Assembly (NCBI GenBank): GCA_024231215.1
Contig: JAAEQR010000142.1
Coordinates: 228,593 to 292,592, forward strand
Direction of reading: 5' to 3'
Length of the DNA stretch: 64,000 nt
From: PVC group bacterium
Lineage (GTDB): Bacteria; Omnitrophota; Gorgyraeia; B26-G9
A program made the translations under genes and the position numbers. Below, piece by piece: positions 17,179 to 27,798 of the stretch. Below the pieces are notes generated by a model. It was not told the origin of the DNA, made no database searches, and saw only the letters and a list, made by a program, of their open reading frames with translations. Position 1 is the first letter of the stretch. Each line of letters starts with the position of its first letter.

Positions 17179-18909
17179 TTATTCCGCAGAGGTAACTCTC
17201 AGCACTTCTTCTAAAGTCGTCTTACCCGCCAAGAAATTAATTAACCCGGCATCACGCAAGGTTACCATATTACATTCTTTTTTAGCATAACGTTTAATTT
17301 CATCGCTAGAGGAACGATTCATAATCATTTCTCTTATCGAATCATTAACAACCATGATTTCAATCATGGCAAAACGCCCTCGATATCCGGAACCGCTGCA
17401 ATAATTACAACCTTTGCCTTTATATACCGTAATATCTTCACTTTTCTTATCTAATCCTAAACGATCCAATACCGACTGCGGCACTTCATACTGTTCCTTG
17501 CATTTATCACAAATTTTACGCGCAAGCCTTTGCGCAACCACAGCAACCACACTCGAAGAGATCAAAAAAGGCTCAATCCCCATATCAATAAGCCTGGTTA
17601 CTGCACCCGGGGCGTCATTTGTATGCAGTGTACTAAGAAGCATAGCTCCGGTCAAAGCCGCTTTTATTGCGATATCACCTGTTTCAAAATCCCGGATTTC
17701 CCCAACCATTAAAACATCAGGGTTTTGCCTTAATATTGAGCGCAATCCAGAAGAAAAAGTTAAACCAATATCCGGCTTAACCTGCACCTGAGTAATCCCT
17801 TCTACTTGATATTCAACCGGATCCTCAATTGTAATAAGATTTTTATCCGGAGTATTCAACCGATTAAGCACTGAATATAATGTGGTTGATTTACCGCTAC
17901 CCGTAGGCCCGGTAACCAAGATCATTCCATACGGCCGGTTAATCGCAAAATTGAAATTGGTCAAAGCCTCCGGCAGAAACCCTAAAGCTTCAAGCCCAAT
18001 ACTTAAATTGGCCTTATCTAAAGCACGCATAACTACTTTTTCACCAAAACTTATCGGTAATACAGAAACACGAAAATCAACTTCCTTCTTCTCAAATTTA
18101 ACTTTAAACCTTCCGTCCTGAGGAATAAGACGCTGGGTAATATCCAAATTTGACATTATCTTCAAACGAGCCGCGATCGCATTTTGAATTTTTTTTGGCA
18201 AAACCGCTGCCTCATGCAAAGCTCCATCGATGCGATATCTTACACGTATATTGTGCTCATAAGGCTCAATGTGAATATCCGATGCCCTCTTAAGTAAAGA
18301 TTCTGCAATTAAAGCATCGATCATTTTAACAATCGGAGCTTCTTCACTGGAACGAATTACATCTCCGATATCTACTTGATCCTGCTGACCTACAACCTCA
18401 ATATCTTCATCCTGAATATTTTTAACCAAGTCATCCAAAGAAGCAGCTGCTTTTTGAGCTTCGGCACCTGCAGGATGATACAACCTATTGATTGCCTTTC
18501 CCACCGTACCTAAAGAGCATACAGCCGGATTCACATCATAACCGGTAAGCGCCTTTATATCATCAACTGCCAATACATTCAGGGGATCACTCATCGCCAC
18601 AGTAAGAATATTACCCACATGAGATATAGCTAAAAGATGATAATGCTGTGCAACGTGCTCAGGAATAATTTTTATAAGTTTTTCCGGAGCTTTAAACTTT
18701 TCAAGATTAATAAGTGGAATGCTTAAATAATGACAGAAACAAACAGCAATGTCTTCCTCACTTACAAACTTTTCTTCCACTAATATAGCCGCTAGTTGAC
18801 CACCTTTTTGTTGTTGAATATTCAAGGCTTTGTCAATATCGTCTTTTTCTACCAGTTTGTAGTCAAGTAATAACTCATTAAGCCGTTTTTTAATTCTGCT
18901 TCTGCGCAT
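17179..18909 (-). CDS. pilB: Type IV pilus extension ATPase PilB (paralog 2, MshEN N-terminus)
   Basis: ASDIHIEP, GPTGSGKSTT, TIEDPVE, LRQNPD, CxxC...CxxC zinc motif. Confidence 0.92.
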   Translation of the reverse strand: MRRSRIKKRLNELLLDYKLVEKDDIDKALNIQQQKGGQLAAILVEEKFVSEEDIAVCFCHYLSIPLINLEKFKAPEKLIKIIPEHVAQHYHLLAISHVGNILTVAMSDPLNVLAVDDIKALTGYDVNPAVCSLGTVGKAINRLYHPAGAEAQKAAASLDDLVKNIQDEDIEVVGQQDQVDIGDVIRSSEEAPIVKMIDALIAESLLKRASDIHIEPYEHNIRVRYRIDGALHEAAVLPKKIQNAIAARLKIMSNLDITQRLIPQDGRFKVKFEKKEVDFRVSVLPISFGEKVVMRALDKANLSIGLEALGFLPEALTNFNFAINRPYGMILVTGPTGSGKSTTLYSVLNRLNTPDKNLITIEDPVEYQVEGITQVQVKPDIGLTFSSGLRSILRQNPDVLMVGEIRDFETGDIAIKAALTGAMLLSTLHTNDAPGAVTRLIDMGIEPFLISSSVVAVVAQRLARKICDKCKEQYEVPQSVLDRLGLDKKSEDITVYKGKGCNYCSGSGYRGRFAMIEIMVVNDSIREMIMNRSSSDEIKRYAKKECNMVTLRDAGLINFLAGKTTLEEVLRVTSAE

Positions 18910-18923
18910 AAAAATCTTTCTTC

Positions 18924-20639
18924 TTAGTCTGCTACGGTCAACCGCGTAATCTCTTCTAAAGTAGTAAGTCCTTTTAACACTTTAATAACTCCGTTCTCCC
19001 GTAACGTAACCATCCCTTCTTCGCGTGCTTTTTGCTTAATTATTCCTTCTTGGGCTTTTTTCATAACTAAGTCCCTGATATCAGGCGTAAATGGCAAAAC
19101 CTCACAAAGTCCCAACCTCCCCCAGTAACCGGTATTCTTGCATTTATTACATCCTTTTGCCCTAAAAACTTCTTTATGTTCTTCGGCAATATGAAATTTT
19201 TTTTTGATCTCCGGCGTAATCGGATAAGGCTCTTTACAAACCTGACAAATCTTACGAATCAATCGCTGCGCACAAACCACTAAGCAGGAAGATGTAATTA
19301 AAAATGGTTCTATCCCCATATTTACCATTCTTGTAACTGCACCGGCAGCTTCGGTAGTATGCAAAGTACTTAGAACCAAATGACCGGTTAACGCTGCCTT
19401 TATCGATATATCTAACGTTGCTGTGTCTCGTATTTCACCTACCATGATTATATCCGGATCCTGTCGCAAAAAAGAACGCAAAGCTCCGGAAAAGGTAAGC
19501 CCTACATCAGGATTAACGTTTACCTGATTTACCCCTTCCATCTGATACTCAACCGGATCTTCGGCGGTAACTACATTTAATTCCGGGTCATCCACATATC
19601 GCAATACAGAATAAAGAGTTGTTGATTTTCCACTGCCGGTGGGGCCCACAACAAGGATTAGTCCATGCGGCTCCTGCGCAAGTTTCTTTAATTTCTCCAT
19701 GGGTTTAGTCTCAAAACCCAAACTATCCAGATCCAAAATAACCGCGGTTTTATCCAAAACACGCAAAGCCACTTTCTCCCCATGACTTGACGGCATTATG
19801 GAAACACGGAAATCAACTTCCCGACCATGTATTTTAATTTTAAACCGGCCATCCTGAGGTAATCTGTGTTCAGCAATATTTAAAACAGACATGACTTTAA
19901 TACGCGAAACAATTGCCTCCTGCATTGACTGCGGCGGCGCAGGAAATTCCTGCAAAATCCCGTCAAGACGATAACGTATACGCAATCTTTTTTCCTGAGG
20001 TTCTATAAGGATATCACTCGCTCTGTTTTTTATTGCTTCAGCAAGAATCATGTTTGTTACCTTTACTACCGGAGTATCTTCTAGCTGTCTAAGCAATTCT
20101 TGGGTATTATCCGTTTTGACATCAACGTCTTCAGTATCCTGAAAGACTTCTATATCCATATCCTTTACATCTTCAATTATCGACTGCATTTGATCGTTGG
20201 TTGTAGTATTATAGTAATCTTCGATAGCTTTCTTAATGTCTTTTTCCGTCGCAATAACCACCTTAAGCTGATAATTAGTTAATACTTTAAGCTCATCAAT
20301 TGCCAAGATATTAAGCGGATCGACCATCGCCACGGTTAATATCTTACCAATCTTGGAAACCGCAATCGCCTGGTATTTATTCGCAAGCTCTTTTGGAATA
20401 ATTTGTACCACATCCTGGTTTATTTTAAATTTAGAGAGATTTATAGGAGGAATGTTTAGACTTTGACTTAAGACAATAACAAGGTCTTTCTGACTAATAT
20501 ACCCCATTGTTGTCAAAACTTCACTCAGACGTCTGCCGCTTTCTTTCTGAGAAGCAATTGCTTCATCCAACTGCTCCTTAGTCAAAAAATTGGACCTTGT
20601 TAAAACTTCCAGCATTTTTTCTTTTATGCCTTGAACCAT
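18924..20639 (-). CDS. pilB: Type IV pilus extension ATPase PilB (paralog 1, MshEN N-terminus)
   Basis: ASDILIEP, GPTGSGKSTT, TAEDPVE, LRQDPD, CQVC/CNKC. Confidence 0.92.
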   Translation of the reverse strand: MVQGIKEKMLEVLTRSNFLTKEQLDEAIASQKESGRRLSEVLTTMGYISQKDLVIVLSQSLNIPPINLSKFKINQDVVQIIPKELANKYQAIAVSKIGKILTVAMVDPLNILAIDELKVLTNYQLKVVIATEKDIKKAIEDYYNTTTNDQMQSIIEDVKDMDIEVFQDTEDVDVKTDNTQELLRQLEDTPVVKVTNMILAEAIKNRASDILIEPQEKRLRIRYRLDGILQEFPAPPQSMQEAIVSRIKVMSVLNIAEHRLPQDGRFKIKIHGREVDFRVSIMPSSHGEKVALRVLDKTAVILDLDSLGFETKPMEKLKKLAQEPHGLILVVGPTGSGKSTTLYSVLRYVDDPELNVVTAEDPVEYQMEGVNQVNVNPDVGLTFSGALRSFLRQDPDIIMVGEIRDTATLDISIKAALTGHLVLSTLHTTEAAGAVTRMVNMGIEPFLITSSCLVVCAQRLIRKICQVCKEPYPITPEIKKKFHIAEEHKEVFRAKGCNKCKNTGYWGRLGLCEVLPFTPDIRDLVMKKAQEGIIKQKAREEGMVTLRENGVIKVLKGLTTLEEITRLTVAD

Positions 20640-20663
20640 TTGATCAACCTCAACAAGATATGA

Positions 20664-21272
20664 TTAGGCGTAGTATTTAGCTATCGCGTTATTAATATCC
20701 GAAAATGTGGAAATAAATGCTTCGACATCCAATTCCGTCATTTTCTTAATTTGGTCTTTTGCAGAGGTATTAAGAGGGTCGGCCATAGCCAGGGTAAGAA
20801 TATTGCCGATTTTATCTATCGGAATAAGCGAATATTTAACGGCAATATCTTTTGAGACAAGTTTTACTAGTTCTGCATCGATCTCATAATTTTCCAACTC
20901 TAGATAAGGAAACCCAAACTGAGTAACCAGAGCACTTACTAAATCTTCTTCACTAATATGTCCCAAATCAATACTGTGCTGAGATAATGCTCCCCCCTTA
21001 GTTTCCTGGAGTTTCACTGCTTCATCAAGCTGTTCCTGCGTAAGCATCCCCATTTCCAACAAAACATTTTCTAACTTCTGAGCCCGGTGAGTTTGCTCAT
21101 AAATACTTTCTTCAATTTGTTCACGTGTAACAAATTGAAGCTTAACTAAAATCTGTCCTACCAACCCCCCCTCTTGCAGCTGTACCTCCAACGCCTTCTG
21201 CAGCTGCTCCTGAGTAATTAGTTTTTTCTCAATTAAAATTTGGCCTATTGGTTTAGTTCTTGCCTTTTTCAA
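20664..21272 (-). CDS. Stand-alone MshEN (T2SSE_N) domain protein without ATPase
   Basis: Four tandem xIGxILxxxxLITxxQLxxALxxQ-like repeats followed by the PilB N-domain (LTLAMADPLN); TTG start. Confidence 0.85.
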   Translation of the reverse strand: MKKARTKPIGQILIEKKLITQEQLQKALEVQLQEGGLVGQILVKLQFVTREQIEESIYEQTHRAQKLENVLLEMGMLTQEQLDEAVKLQETKGGALSQHSIDLGHISEEDLVSALVTQFGFPYLELENYEIDAELVKLVSKDIAVKYSLIPIDKIGNILTLAMADPLNTSAKDQIKKMTELDVEAFISTFSDINNAIAKYYA

Positions 21273-21284
21273 TTTTACCTATCC

Positions 21285-22349
21285 CTATCTTTTGAACAAG
21301 CGGACTAAATCATCCGTGTCCGTTGAACGCGACATCGCTTCTTCATAAGAAATAAGCTTCCTGGTATACAAATCATATAGAGCCTGATTCATCGTCTGCA
21401 TATTATCTTTCTGTCCGGTCTGCATTATGGAATATATCTGATGCACTTTTTGTTCTCTGACCATACTTTTCACAGCCGGAGTAGCAACCATAACCTCAGA
21501 AGCCAATACACGACCGAATCCACCTACTTTAGGAATCAACTGCTGGGAAAGTATCCCTACCATAACAAAAGACAGCTGTGTACGTACCTGCTGTTGTTGA
21601 TGAGAAGGAAAAACATCAATAATTCGGTTAACTGTCTGAACCGCATCGGAAGTATGCAGAGTAGCAAACACCAAATGTCCGGTTTCCGCAATAGTTAAAG
21701 CAGCTTCTATCGTTTCTAAATCCCGCATTTCTCCGACAAGAATAACATCCGGATCCTGTCGCAAAATATGTTTTAAAGCCAGCGCAAAAGTTTTTGTATC
21801 TTGTCCAATTTCCCGCTGATCCACAACAGACAGTTTATTTGAGTGTACAAATTCTATAGGATCTTCCACGGTTATAATATGGCATGCGCGCTCTTCATTA
21901 ATTTTATCTACAATCGATGCCAAGGTTGTTGACTTTCCACTCCCCGTAGCTCCGGTTACAAGCACAAGCCCCTTTGGCTTACGAGCCAACTCCGTCACAA
22001 TTTTCACAGGTAATCCACATTCTGCAAAACTCAGAATTTTAAACGGAATAGCCCTAATCGCAGTTCCGACAAAGCCTCTTTGCCAAAAAACGTTCATACG
22101 AAAACGGCTCAATCCTTCTATCTCAAAAGAACGATCAAGTTCCCTGTTTTTTTCAAACTTTGCTATTTCTTCCGGATTCAAAACTCCATAAATAATCTCT
22201 TTGACATCTTCGCCGGATAAAGGCGACATATCCAATGAGACTATTTTCTCATCAATTCGTAAATGCGGTGGTGAATGTGCACTTAAATGAAGATCTGAAG
22301 CATTGCGTTCAATTAATACACGCAACATCTGAGATAATTCAGCTGCCAT
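21285..22349 (-). CDS. pilT: Type IV pilus retraction ATPase PilT
   Basis: ASDLHL, GATGSGKSTT, TVEDPIEF, LRQDPDVILVGEMRD, AETGHLVFATLHT. Confidence 0.93.
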   Translation of the reverse strand: MAAELSQMLRVLIERNASDLHLSAHSPPHLRIDEKIVSLDMSPLSGEDVKEIIYGVLNPEEIAKFEKNRELDRSFEIEGLSRFRMNVFWQRGFVGTAIRAIPFKILSFAECGLPVKIVTELARKPKGLVLVTGATGSGKSTTLASIVDKINEERACHIITVEDPIEFVHSNKLSVVDQREIGQDTKTFALALKHILRQDPDVILVGEMRDLETIEAALTIAETGHLVFATLHTSDAVQTVNRIIDVFPSHQQQQVRTQLSFVMVGILSQQLIPKVGGFGRVLASEVMVATPAVKSMVREQKVHQIYSIMQTGQKDNMQTMNQALYDLYTRKLISYEEAMSRSTDTDDLVRLFKR

Positions 22350-22758
22350 CTTTCTCCTCTTTTTTTTCTTCCGTACGTGATAAACCTTTATGGATTCTTA
22401 ATGCCGTATGAATCAACCGAGCTGCCTCTTCAAACCCTTTTTCTTTAGCAAAAAATCCGGAAATTCCAAGCTCTGTAGCTTGTTTCAGATTTTCCATTGT
22501 ACCGTATGCGCTAAAAATAACTATAGGAATTTGTTTATTAACCTGACGTATTGCGGTAAGTATTTCTATCCCATTCATCCCAGGGAGTTTTAAGTCAAGA
22601 AAAATAATCTGATAATCTCCCGTTTGAACCTGGTCTACTACTTTTTCTCCGCTATATAGCACATCTGCCTCAAAATCTCTGCTTTTGAGCCAAAATTGCA
22701 TCATATTTATGAAATCTACCTCATCATCCACTAGTAAAACTTTAATTTTCTCACTCAT
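22339..22758 (-). CDS. Single-domain response regulator (receiver)
   Basis: VLLVDDE, FLDLKLPGMNG phosphoacceptor, FFAK; overlaps the pilT start. Confidence 0.9.
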   Translation of the reverse strand: MSEKIKVLLVDDEVDFINMMQFWLKSRDFEADVLYSGEKVVDQVQTGDYQIIFLDLKLPGMNGIEILTAIRQVNKQIPIVIFSAYGTMENLKQATELGISGFFAKEKGFEEAARLIHTALRIHKGLSRTEEKKEEKDGS

Positions 22759-22779
22759 GAGTCCCTGCCCCCCTCCAGA

Positions 22780-23853
22780 TTAAGAACGACCAGACTTAAA
22801 AAAACGTTTAAAATCATCATGATCAGTTACGTATAAAGACGCATCCTGATAATTAATAATTCCCTGTTTATATAATTCAAATAAAGATTGATTCATTGTC
22901 CTCATGCCATCTTTCTGTCCTGTCTGTATCAATGAAAAAATCTGATGAATCTTTTCTTCTCTGATCATGGCTTTAACCCCAAAATTAGCTATCATTAATT
23001 CCGTAGCTAACGCTCTTCCCTGCTTATCTGCACGCGGAATTAATTGTTGTGAAATAGTAGCCAAAAGAACAAATGATAATTGCGTACGTACTTGTGCCTG
23101 CTGAGACGCAGGAAAAACATCCACAACACGATTAATTGTTTGCACACAGTCGGAGGTATGTAATGTAGCAAACACCAAATGCCCTGTTTCTGCGATATTT
23201 AATGCTGCCTGAATTGTCTCTAGATCTCTTAGCTCGCCGATCAAAATAACATCCGGATCTTGTCTTAACACATATTTCAGTGCCTCTCCGAAGGAATTAG
23301 TATCAGTACCGATCTCTCGCTGAGAAATTAAACTTTTTCTATTATCATGCACAAATTCAATAGGATCTTCTACAGTAACAATATGACATTGTCTCTCGGA
23401 ATTTATATGATTAACCATCGCCGAAAGAGTAGTAGTTTTACCTACCCCGGTAGCTCCGGTTACTAAAACCAATCCACTCTGGCTGCGGCAAATCTGTAAA
23501 ATTTGTTCTTCAGGAAGTCCCAATTCCCTAAAATGCGGCAAAGCACCAGGAATACACCGCAGCGACGCGCATACAGTACCCCGATGGAAAAACACATTCA
23601 TCCGAAAACGCCCTGCATTTTCAATATAGCACGATTTATCCAGTTCTTTATATGTTTCAAAATGTTTTATTTCATCGGGGGTAAGCATAGAATAAATAAG
23701 TAATTTAGAATCATCCGGAGATAGTTCCGGATAGTCTAAGATAAGCAATTTTGAGTCCACTCTTACCTGCGGAGGGCTATCGGTATGAATATGCAAATCC
23801 GATGCCCTTCGTTCGATCATGATTTTAGCGAGAGTTTCAATATTAAATTCCAT
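22780..23853 (-). CDS. pilT: Second retraction ATPase (PilT/PilU family)
   Basis: ASDLHI, GATGVGKTTT, TVEDPIEF, LRQDPDVILIGELRD. Confidence 0.9.
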   Translation of the reverse strand: MEFNIETLAKIMIERRASDLHIHTDSPPQVRVDSKLLILDYPELSPDDSKLLIYSMLTPDEIKHFETYKELDKSCYIENAGRFRMNVFFHRGTVCASLRCIPGALPHFRELGLPEEQILQICRSQSGLVLVTGATGVGKTTTLSAMVNHINSERQCHIVTVEDPIEFVHDNRKSLISQREIGTDTNSFGEALKYVLRQDPDVILIGELRDLETIQAALNIAETGHLVFATLHTSDCVQTINRVVDVFPASQQAQVRTQLSFVLLATISQQLIPRADKQGRALATELMIANFGVKAMIREEKIHQIFSLIQTGQKDGMRTMNQSLFELYKQGIINYQDASLYVTDHDDFKRFFKSGRS

Positions 23854-23915
23854 CTAAAAATCCTTTTTCTAAATAGTTGGGTTTAAAAAAACTATAGCAT
23901 ACAAACGATGTAATG

Positions 23916-25679
23916 TCAACCAGTTAAACCCGGGGGGAGCAACTGATTATTTGCACCACAATCTATATGCCCCCAGGGCAATGATTCTGTCTGCTCCCGG
24001 GGTTTACACACATATTCCTGGGCACCAAGAGCATGTTGCCCCAATGCTTCTTTCCAAATATTAGAATTAAACATATTCGACCAGCCATCAAATCTAGCTC
24101 CCAATCGAAATGCTTTTTCCAGCACCACATGCAAGCTTCTATCTCCACGACATAGATACGCTTCTAAAAAACTCATTTTTACATCATGAAAGCTTATGTC
24201 AATATTTTTAGCTCTCAGTTTTGACCTCAAAAATTCCTGTTTATTTAAAAGAACGTCAGTTTTCTCCATACCCATCCATTGAAAAGGCGTATGCGGCTTG
24301 GGAATAAAATTAGAAATACTCACATTAATTTGTCCGCGCCTGCCATCAACTTCTTTTCTTAATAAAGTAAATTCTTTAACCAGCGCAACAATACTTTCTA
24401 AATCTTCTTCCGTTTCAGTCGGCAAACCGATCATAAAATAAAGTTTTAATTTCTTCCAGCCTAAACGGTATGCCTCTAAAACAGCTTCTTTTAAACGCTG
24501 AATATCAATCTGCTTGTTTATCAACCGGCGCAAACGTTCACTACCTGCTTCCGGAGCAAACGTCAGTCCGCTCTTTTTCAGTCCCCCCATTAAAGCAAGA
24601 ATACCGGAAAAATCCTTATTAACCCGCAACGACGGTAAAGAAATACCCACCCCTTTCTCCTGACATGATGAATGAAGCCGGCTAATAACCTCCTGCAAAT
24701 GCGGATAATTAGCACTGGAAAGCGCACAAAAAGAAATTTTCTCATAGCCGGTATTACGATATGACTCTTCTGCTAACTGAATCACTTTTTCCGCACTGCG
24801 TATACGAACTGGCTTGGTTACAAATCCCGCCTGACAAAAGAAACACTGGTTAGGACACCCTCTCATTATTTCCAAGCTAATCCGATCATGTACAATTTCA
24901 ACATACGGTACCGGCGGCGAAACAGGGAATTCTGCAGCATCTAAATCTTCCACATATCTTCTTTTTATACTGCAAGGGATATCCTGATCCCGGGCCGTAA
25001 CACTTACAATCATCCCATTCTCAACCTCAGGATTATAAAACCGAGGCACATAAACCCCCTCAATATTTGCGAGTTTTAATAATAACTTTTCTTTTGCTTG
25101 GGCATATACTTCTAAATCACTTTCCGGAATATGCGTAACAGTATCTTTAAACTCACGACAAGCGGCAACAAGCTCCAGAATCAACTCTTCGGCTTCTCCG
25201 ACAACAAAAACATCAATAAATTCTGCCATAGGTTCAGGATTATATGCGCAAGGCCCTCCGGCGATAATTAAAGGAGCTCGCACACGGTCTTTGGAATATA
25301 GGGGGATATTAGCCAGATCCAACATGTTCAGGACATTAGTAAAAGAAAGTTCATATTGCAGAGAAAAACCAATAACATCAAATTCCTGCAAAGAACGCTG
25401 GCTTTCTAAACTCATTAGGGGGATGGCTTGTTCTCGCAGGACTTTCTCCATATCAGTCCAGGGAGCAAAACAACGTTCGCAAAATACATCCTTTTGTTTA
25501 TTCAAGATATGATAAAGCACTTTCATGCCAAGATGACTCATACCTATTTCATAAACATCGGGAAAACATAAAACAAAGTTAAACGTATCCGGAGTTATCT
25601 CTTTATTTATACTATTAAATTCCCGGCCGATATATCGGCCCGGCTTTTGCACATCAAGTAAAAATTTTTCTATTTCCAT
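23916..25679 (-). CDS. B12-binding radical SAM protein (TIGR03960-like)
   Basis: KPGRYIGRE, FPDVYEIGMSHLG, RGCPNQCFFC (CxxxCxxC), TFAPEAGSERLR, FIPKPHTPFQW. Confidence 0.9.
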   Translation of the reverse strand: MEIEKFLLDVQKPGRYIGREFNSINKEITPDTFNFVLCFPDVYEIGMSHLGMKVLYHILNKQKDVFCERCFAPWTDMEKVLREQAIPLMSLESQRSLQEFDVIGFSLQYELSFTNVLNMLDLANIPLYSKDRVRAPLIIAGGPCAYNPEPMAEFIDVFVVGEAEELILELVAACREFKDTVTHIPESDLEVYAQAKEKLLLKLANIEGVYVPRFYNPEVENGMIVSVTARDQDIPCSIKRRYVEDLDAAEFPVSPPVPYVEIVHDRISLEIMRGCPNQCFFCQAGFVTKPVRIRSAEKVIQLAEESYRNTGYEKISFCALSSANYPHLQEVISRLHSSCQEKGVGISLPSLRVNKDFSGILALMGGLKKSGLTFAPEAGSERLRRLINKQIDIQRLKEAVLEAYRLGWKKLKLYFMIGLPTETEEDLESIVALVKEFTLLRKEVDGRRGQINVSISNFIPKPHTPFQWMGMEKTDVLLNKQEFLRSKLRAKNIDISFHDVKMSFLEAYLCRGDRSLHVVLEKAFRLGARFDGWSNMFNSNIWKEALGQHALGAQEYVCKPREQTESLPWGHIDCGANNQLLPPGLTG

Positions 25680-27761
25680 TTAATCTCTAATATCCAAAAC
25701 TTCACGTTCTTTGGGCAAAACAAAATAGAACTGCGTTCCATTTCCATCTTCACTTTCTGCCCAAATTTTACCTCCATGCAAGCCAACTATTTCTTTTACG
25801 ATAGATAAGCCCAACCCTGTTCCTTTCGGAGATCCTGCAACAGGTACGGTTTTCGATTGCTCAAACTTTTCAAAAATACAATCTAAACTTTCTTTAGGAA
25901 TCCCGCAACCGGTATCTGAAACACAAATCTTTACCTCTTTGCCCATATCTTCCGCGGACAAGATAACCTTCCCGCCTTCCGGTGTAAATTTAACAGCATT
26001 ACCAATCAGATTGGTAAACACCTGATTTAACATTTTTGCATCTATATCCATATTCAGAGTATCTGGTATCTGTTTTTCCAAACTAATCCCACGGCTATTG
26101 GCCCAAACTCCCAGCATATCAACCACAGAATCAACCACAGTTACTAATGATGTACTCGCAAATTCTGCCTTCATCCTACCAGCTTCCAACTTCGCAACAT
26201 CCAGCAAATCATTAACTAATTCTGTTAAACGAGTCGCATTATTACTGGCAATCTCTAAGAACTGCTTTTGCTGAGGATCCAGTTTTTCCTTATCCGCAGT
26301 ATCCAAAATAAGGGATAAACTTTTCTGTATCGAAATCAAAGGCGCACGCAATTCGTGTGAAACATTAGAAACAAAAGCATCCTTCATTTTATTTACTTCT
26401 TTTTGCTTTGTAATATCACTTAAAACAGAAACCATACCAACGGTCTCTCCTTCTTCATTTTCAATAACCGCGCTACTCGCACGTAATGTCTTCTTTGTAT
26501 CCTCACTTGACCCGGCAAGTTCTATTTCGACATTATGCTGTTTATCTTTAGAGAGGCTTACAACATGTTCATCATGCAATCCTTCCAAAATATTCTGACC
26601 AATCTTACTTTCCTTATCAACCCCAAGCAAATCTTCTGCCGCCTGATTAAGCAGCATAACTTTACCGTCATTATCAACAATAACCAACCCCTCGGCAACA
26701 TGTTTTAAAACAGAGTTTATCCGATCTTTTTCTTTTTTGATTTTACGATTTTCATGAATCAATTCCTGCGTTACTTCTCCCACCTTTTCATCCACCATTC
26801 CATCTACATTTTTTAACTTGCTTTTAAGTGCAACATTCTCTTCCTGCAACTTTTTCAATTGGCTTACCATTTGCTGCTTTGTAACTTTGGGCTGTTTTAA
26901 TTTTATCGTCTCAGTCTTTACTTTATCTAAATACGGAGCCTGTTCGTCTTCCGATAACCCGGCTTTATCAAAACGTTCTTTGATTATTTTGATAACCTCT
27001 TCTACGGCTTTTTGAGGACCAACTAATTTAAGTAGCTGCTTTACAAGACGCTTGGTGTGTTTTTTAAACTCGAGCGAGATCAACTCTTTCTCCGGAACAA
27101 CATCTGATTTGCCTCCCAGAAAATCACTTACCATTCCAACTATATCTTTGCCCTTCTTCCCCTCAGGGGCTCCCTCTCCTTCTACGGCAGGAACAACACC
27201 CCCTGGAACATCACCACCGCCACCGCCACCGCCATCGCCTTTTTGTTTCACTTCTTCATCTTCTGTAATCCGGGCATAACGAACTTCTATTATCTGAATA
27301 TTTGTTATCTGATCATCAATAATCGCCTGTTTAAGACCACCTCTTTTCTCAAGCTCTTCCGGTTTCTGAACCAGTAATCGCAAAAATTTTTCCAACTCCT
27401 CTGCCCCAAAATCCTGTTTAAAAAGCAGCCCCTGAATACTAAACTTTTTTAAGTTAACAATCAAATTCTTTGAAGCATCTGCTGCTTCTTCCAACACTTC
27501 CTCATAAAGCATTACATTATTATCCATCATATCAATCGACATATCCCCAAACTTTGAGACAAATAAAGTAATTTCTGTGGTTGCTTTCTCAATAGCTCCT
27601 TTTACCATCGGATGAGTCGCCGGATACAATGGAATCATACGCAATGCAGAAGAAAATGCTTTAAACATATCCAGAACTGCTTTTTTTTGCTGTCTTGGGT
27701 TCTGCTGTAAAGCTTCTTTAAACAGATTAGGTTCCTGATTATTTTGATTTTCGGCACTCAT
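25680..27761 (-). CDS. Cytoplasmic PAS histidine kinase with a large N-terminal helical domain
   Basis: N-terminal LYPATHP motif, Gly linker, coiled coil, PAS, VSHELRAPL, NLIGNAVKFT, GTGLGL; no TM. Confidence 0.88.
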   Translation of the reverse strand: MSAENQNNQEPNLFKEALQQNPRQQKKAVLDMFKAFSSALRMIPLYPATHPMVKGAIEKATTEITLFVSKFGDMSIDMMDNNVMLYEEVLEEAADASKNLIVNLKKFSIQGLLFKQDFGAEELEKFLRLLVQKPEELEKRGGLKQAIIDDQITNIQIIEVRYARITEDEEVKQKGDGGGGGGGDVPGGVVPAVEGEGAPEGKKGKDIVGMVSDFLGGKSDVVPEKELISLEFKKHTKRLVKQLLKLVGPQKAVEEVIKIIKERFDKAGLSEDEQAPYLDKVKTETIKLKQPKVTKQQMVSQLKKLQEENVALKSKLKNVDGMVDEKVGEVTQELIHENRKIKKEKDRINSVLKHVAEGLVIVDNDGKVMLLNQAAEDLLGVDKESKIGQNILEGLHDEHVVSLSKDKQHNVEIELAGSSEDTKKTLRASSAVIENEEGETVGMVSVLSDITKQKEVNKMKDAFVSNVSHELRAPLISIQKSLSLILDTADKEKLDPQQKQFLEIASNNATRLTELVNDLLDVAKLEAGRMKAEFASTSLVTVVDSVVDMLGVWANSRGISLEKQIPDTLNMDIDAKMLNQVFTNLIGNAVKFTPEGGKVILSAEDMGKEVKICVSDTGCGIPKESLDCIFEKFEQSKTVPVAGSPKGTGLGLSIVKEIVGLHGGKIWAESEDGNGTQFYFVLPKEREVLDIRD

Positions 27762-27798
27762 GATAAACTCCTTTCGAAATCTTTAAATAGGATGTCTT

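Noticed and set aside
27205-27240. (CCA/CCG)n repeat as a contingency locus
   Set aside because: It encodes an in-frame poly-Gly linker of the kinase with mixed codons
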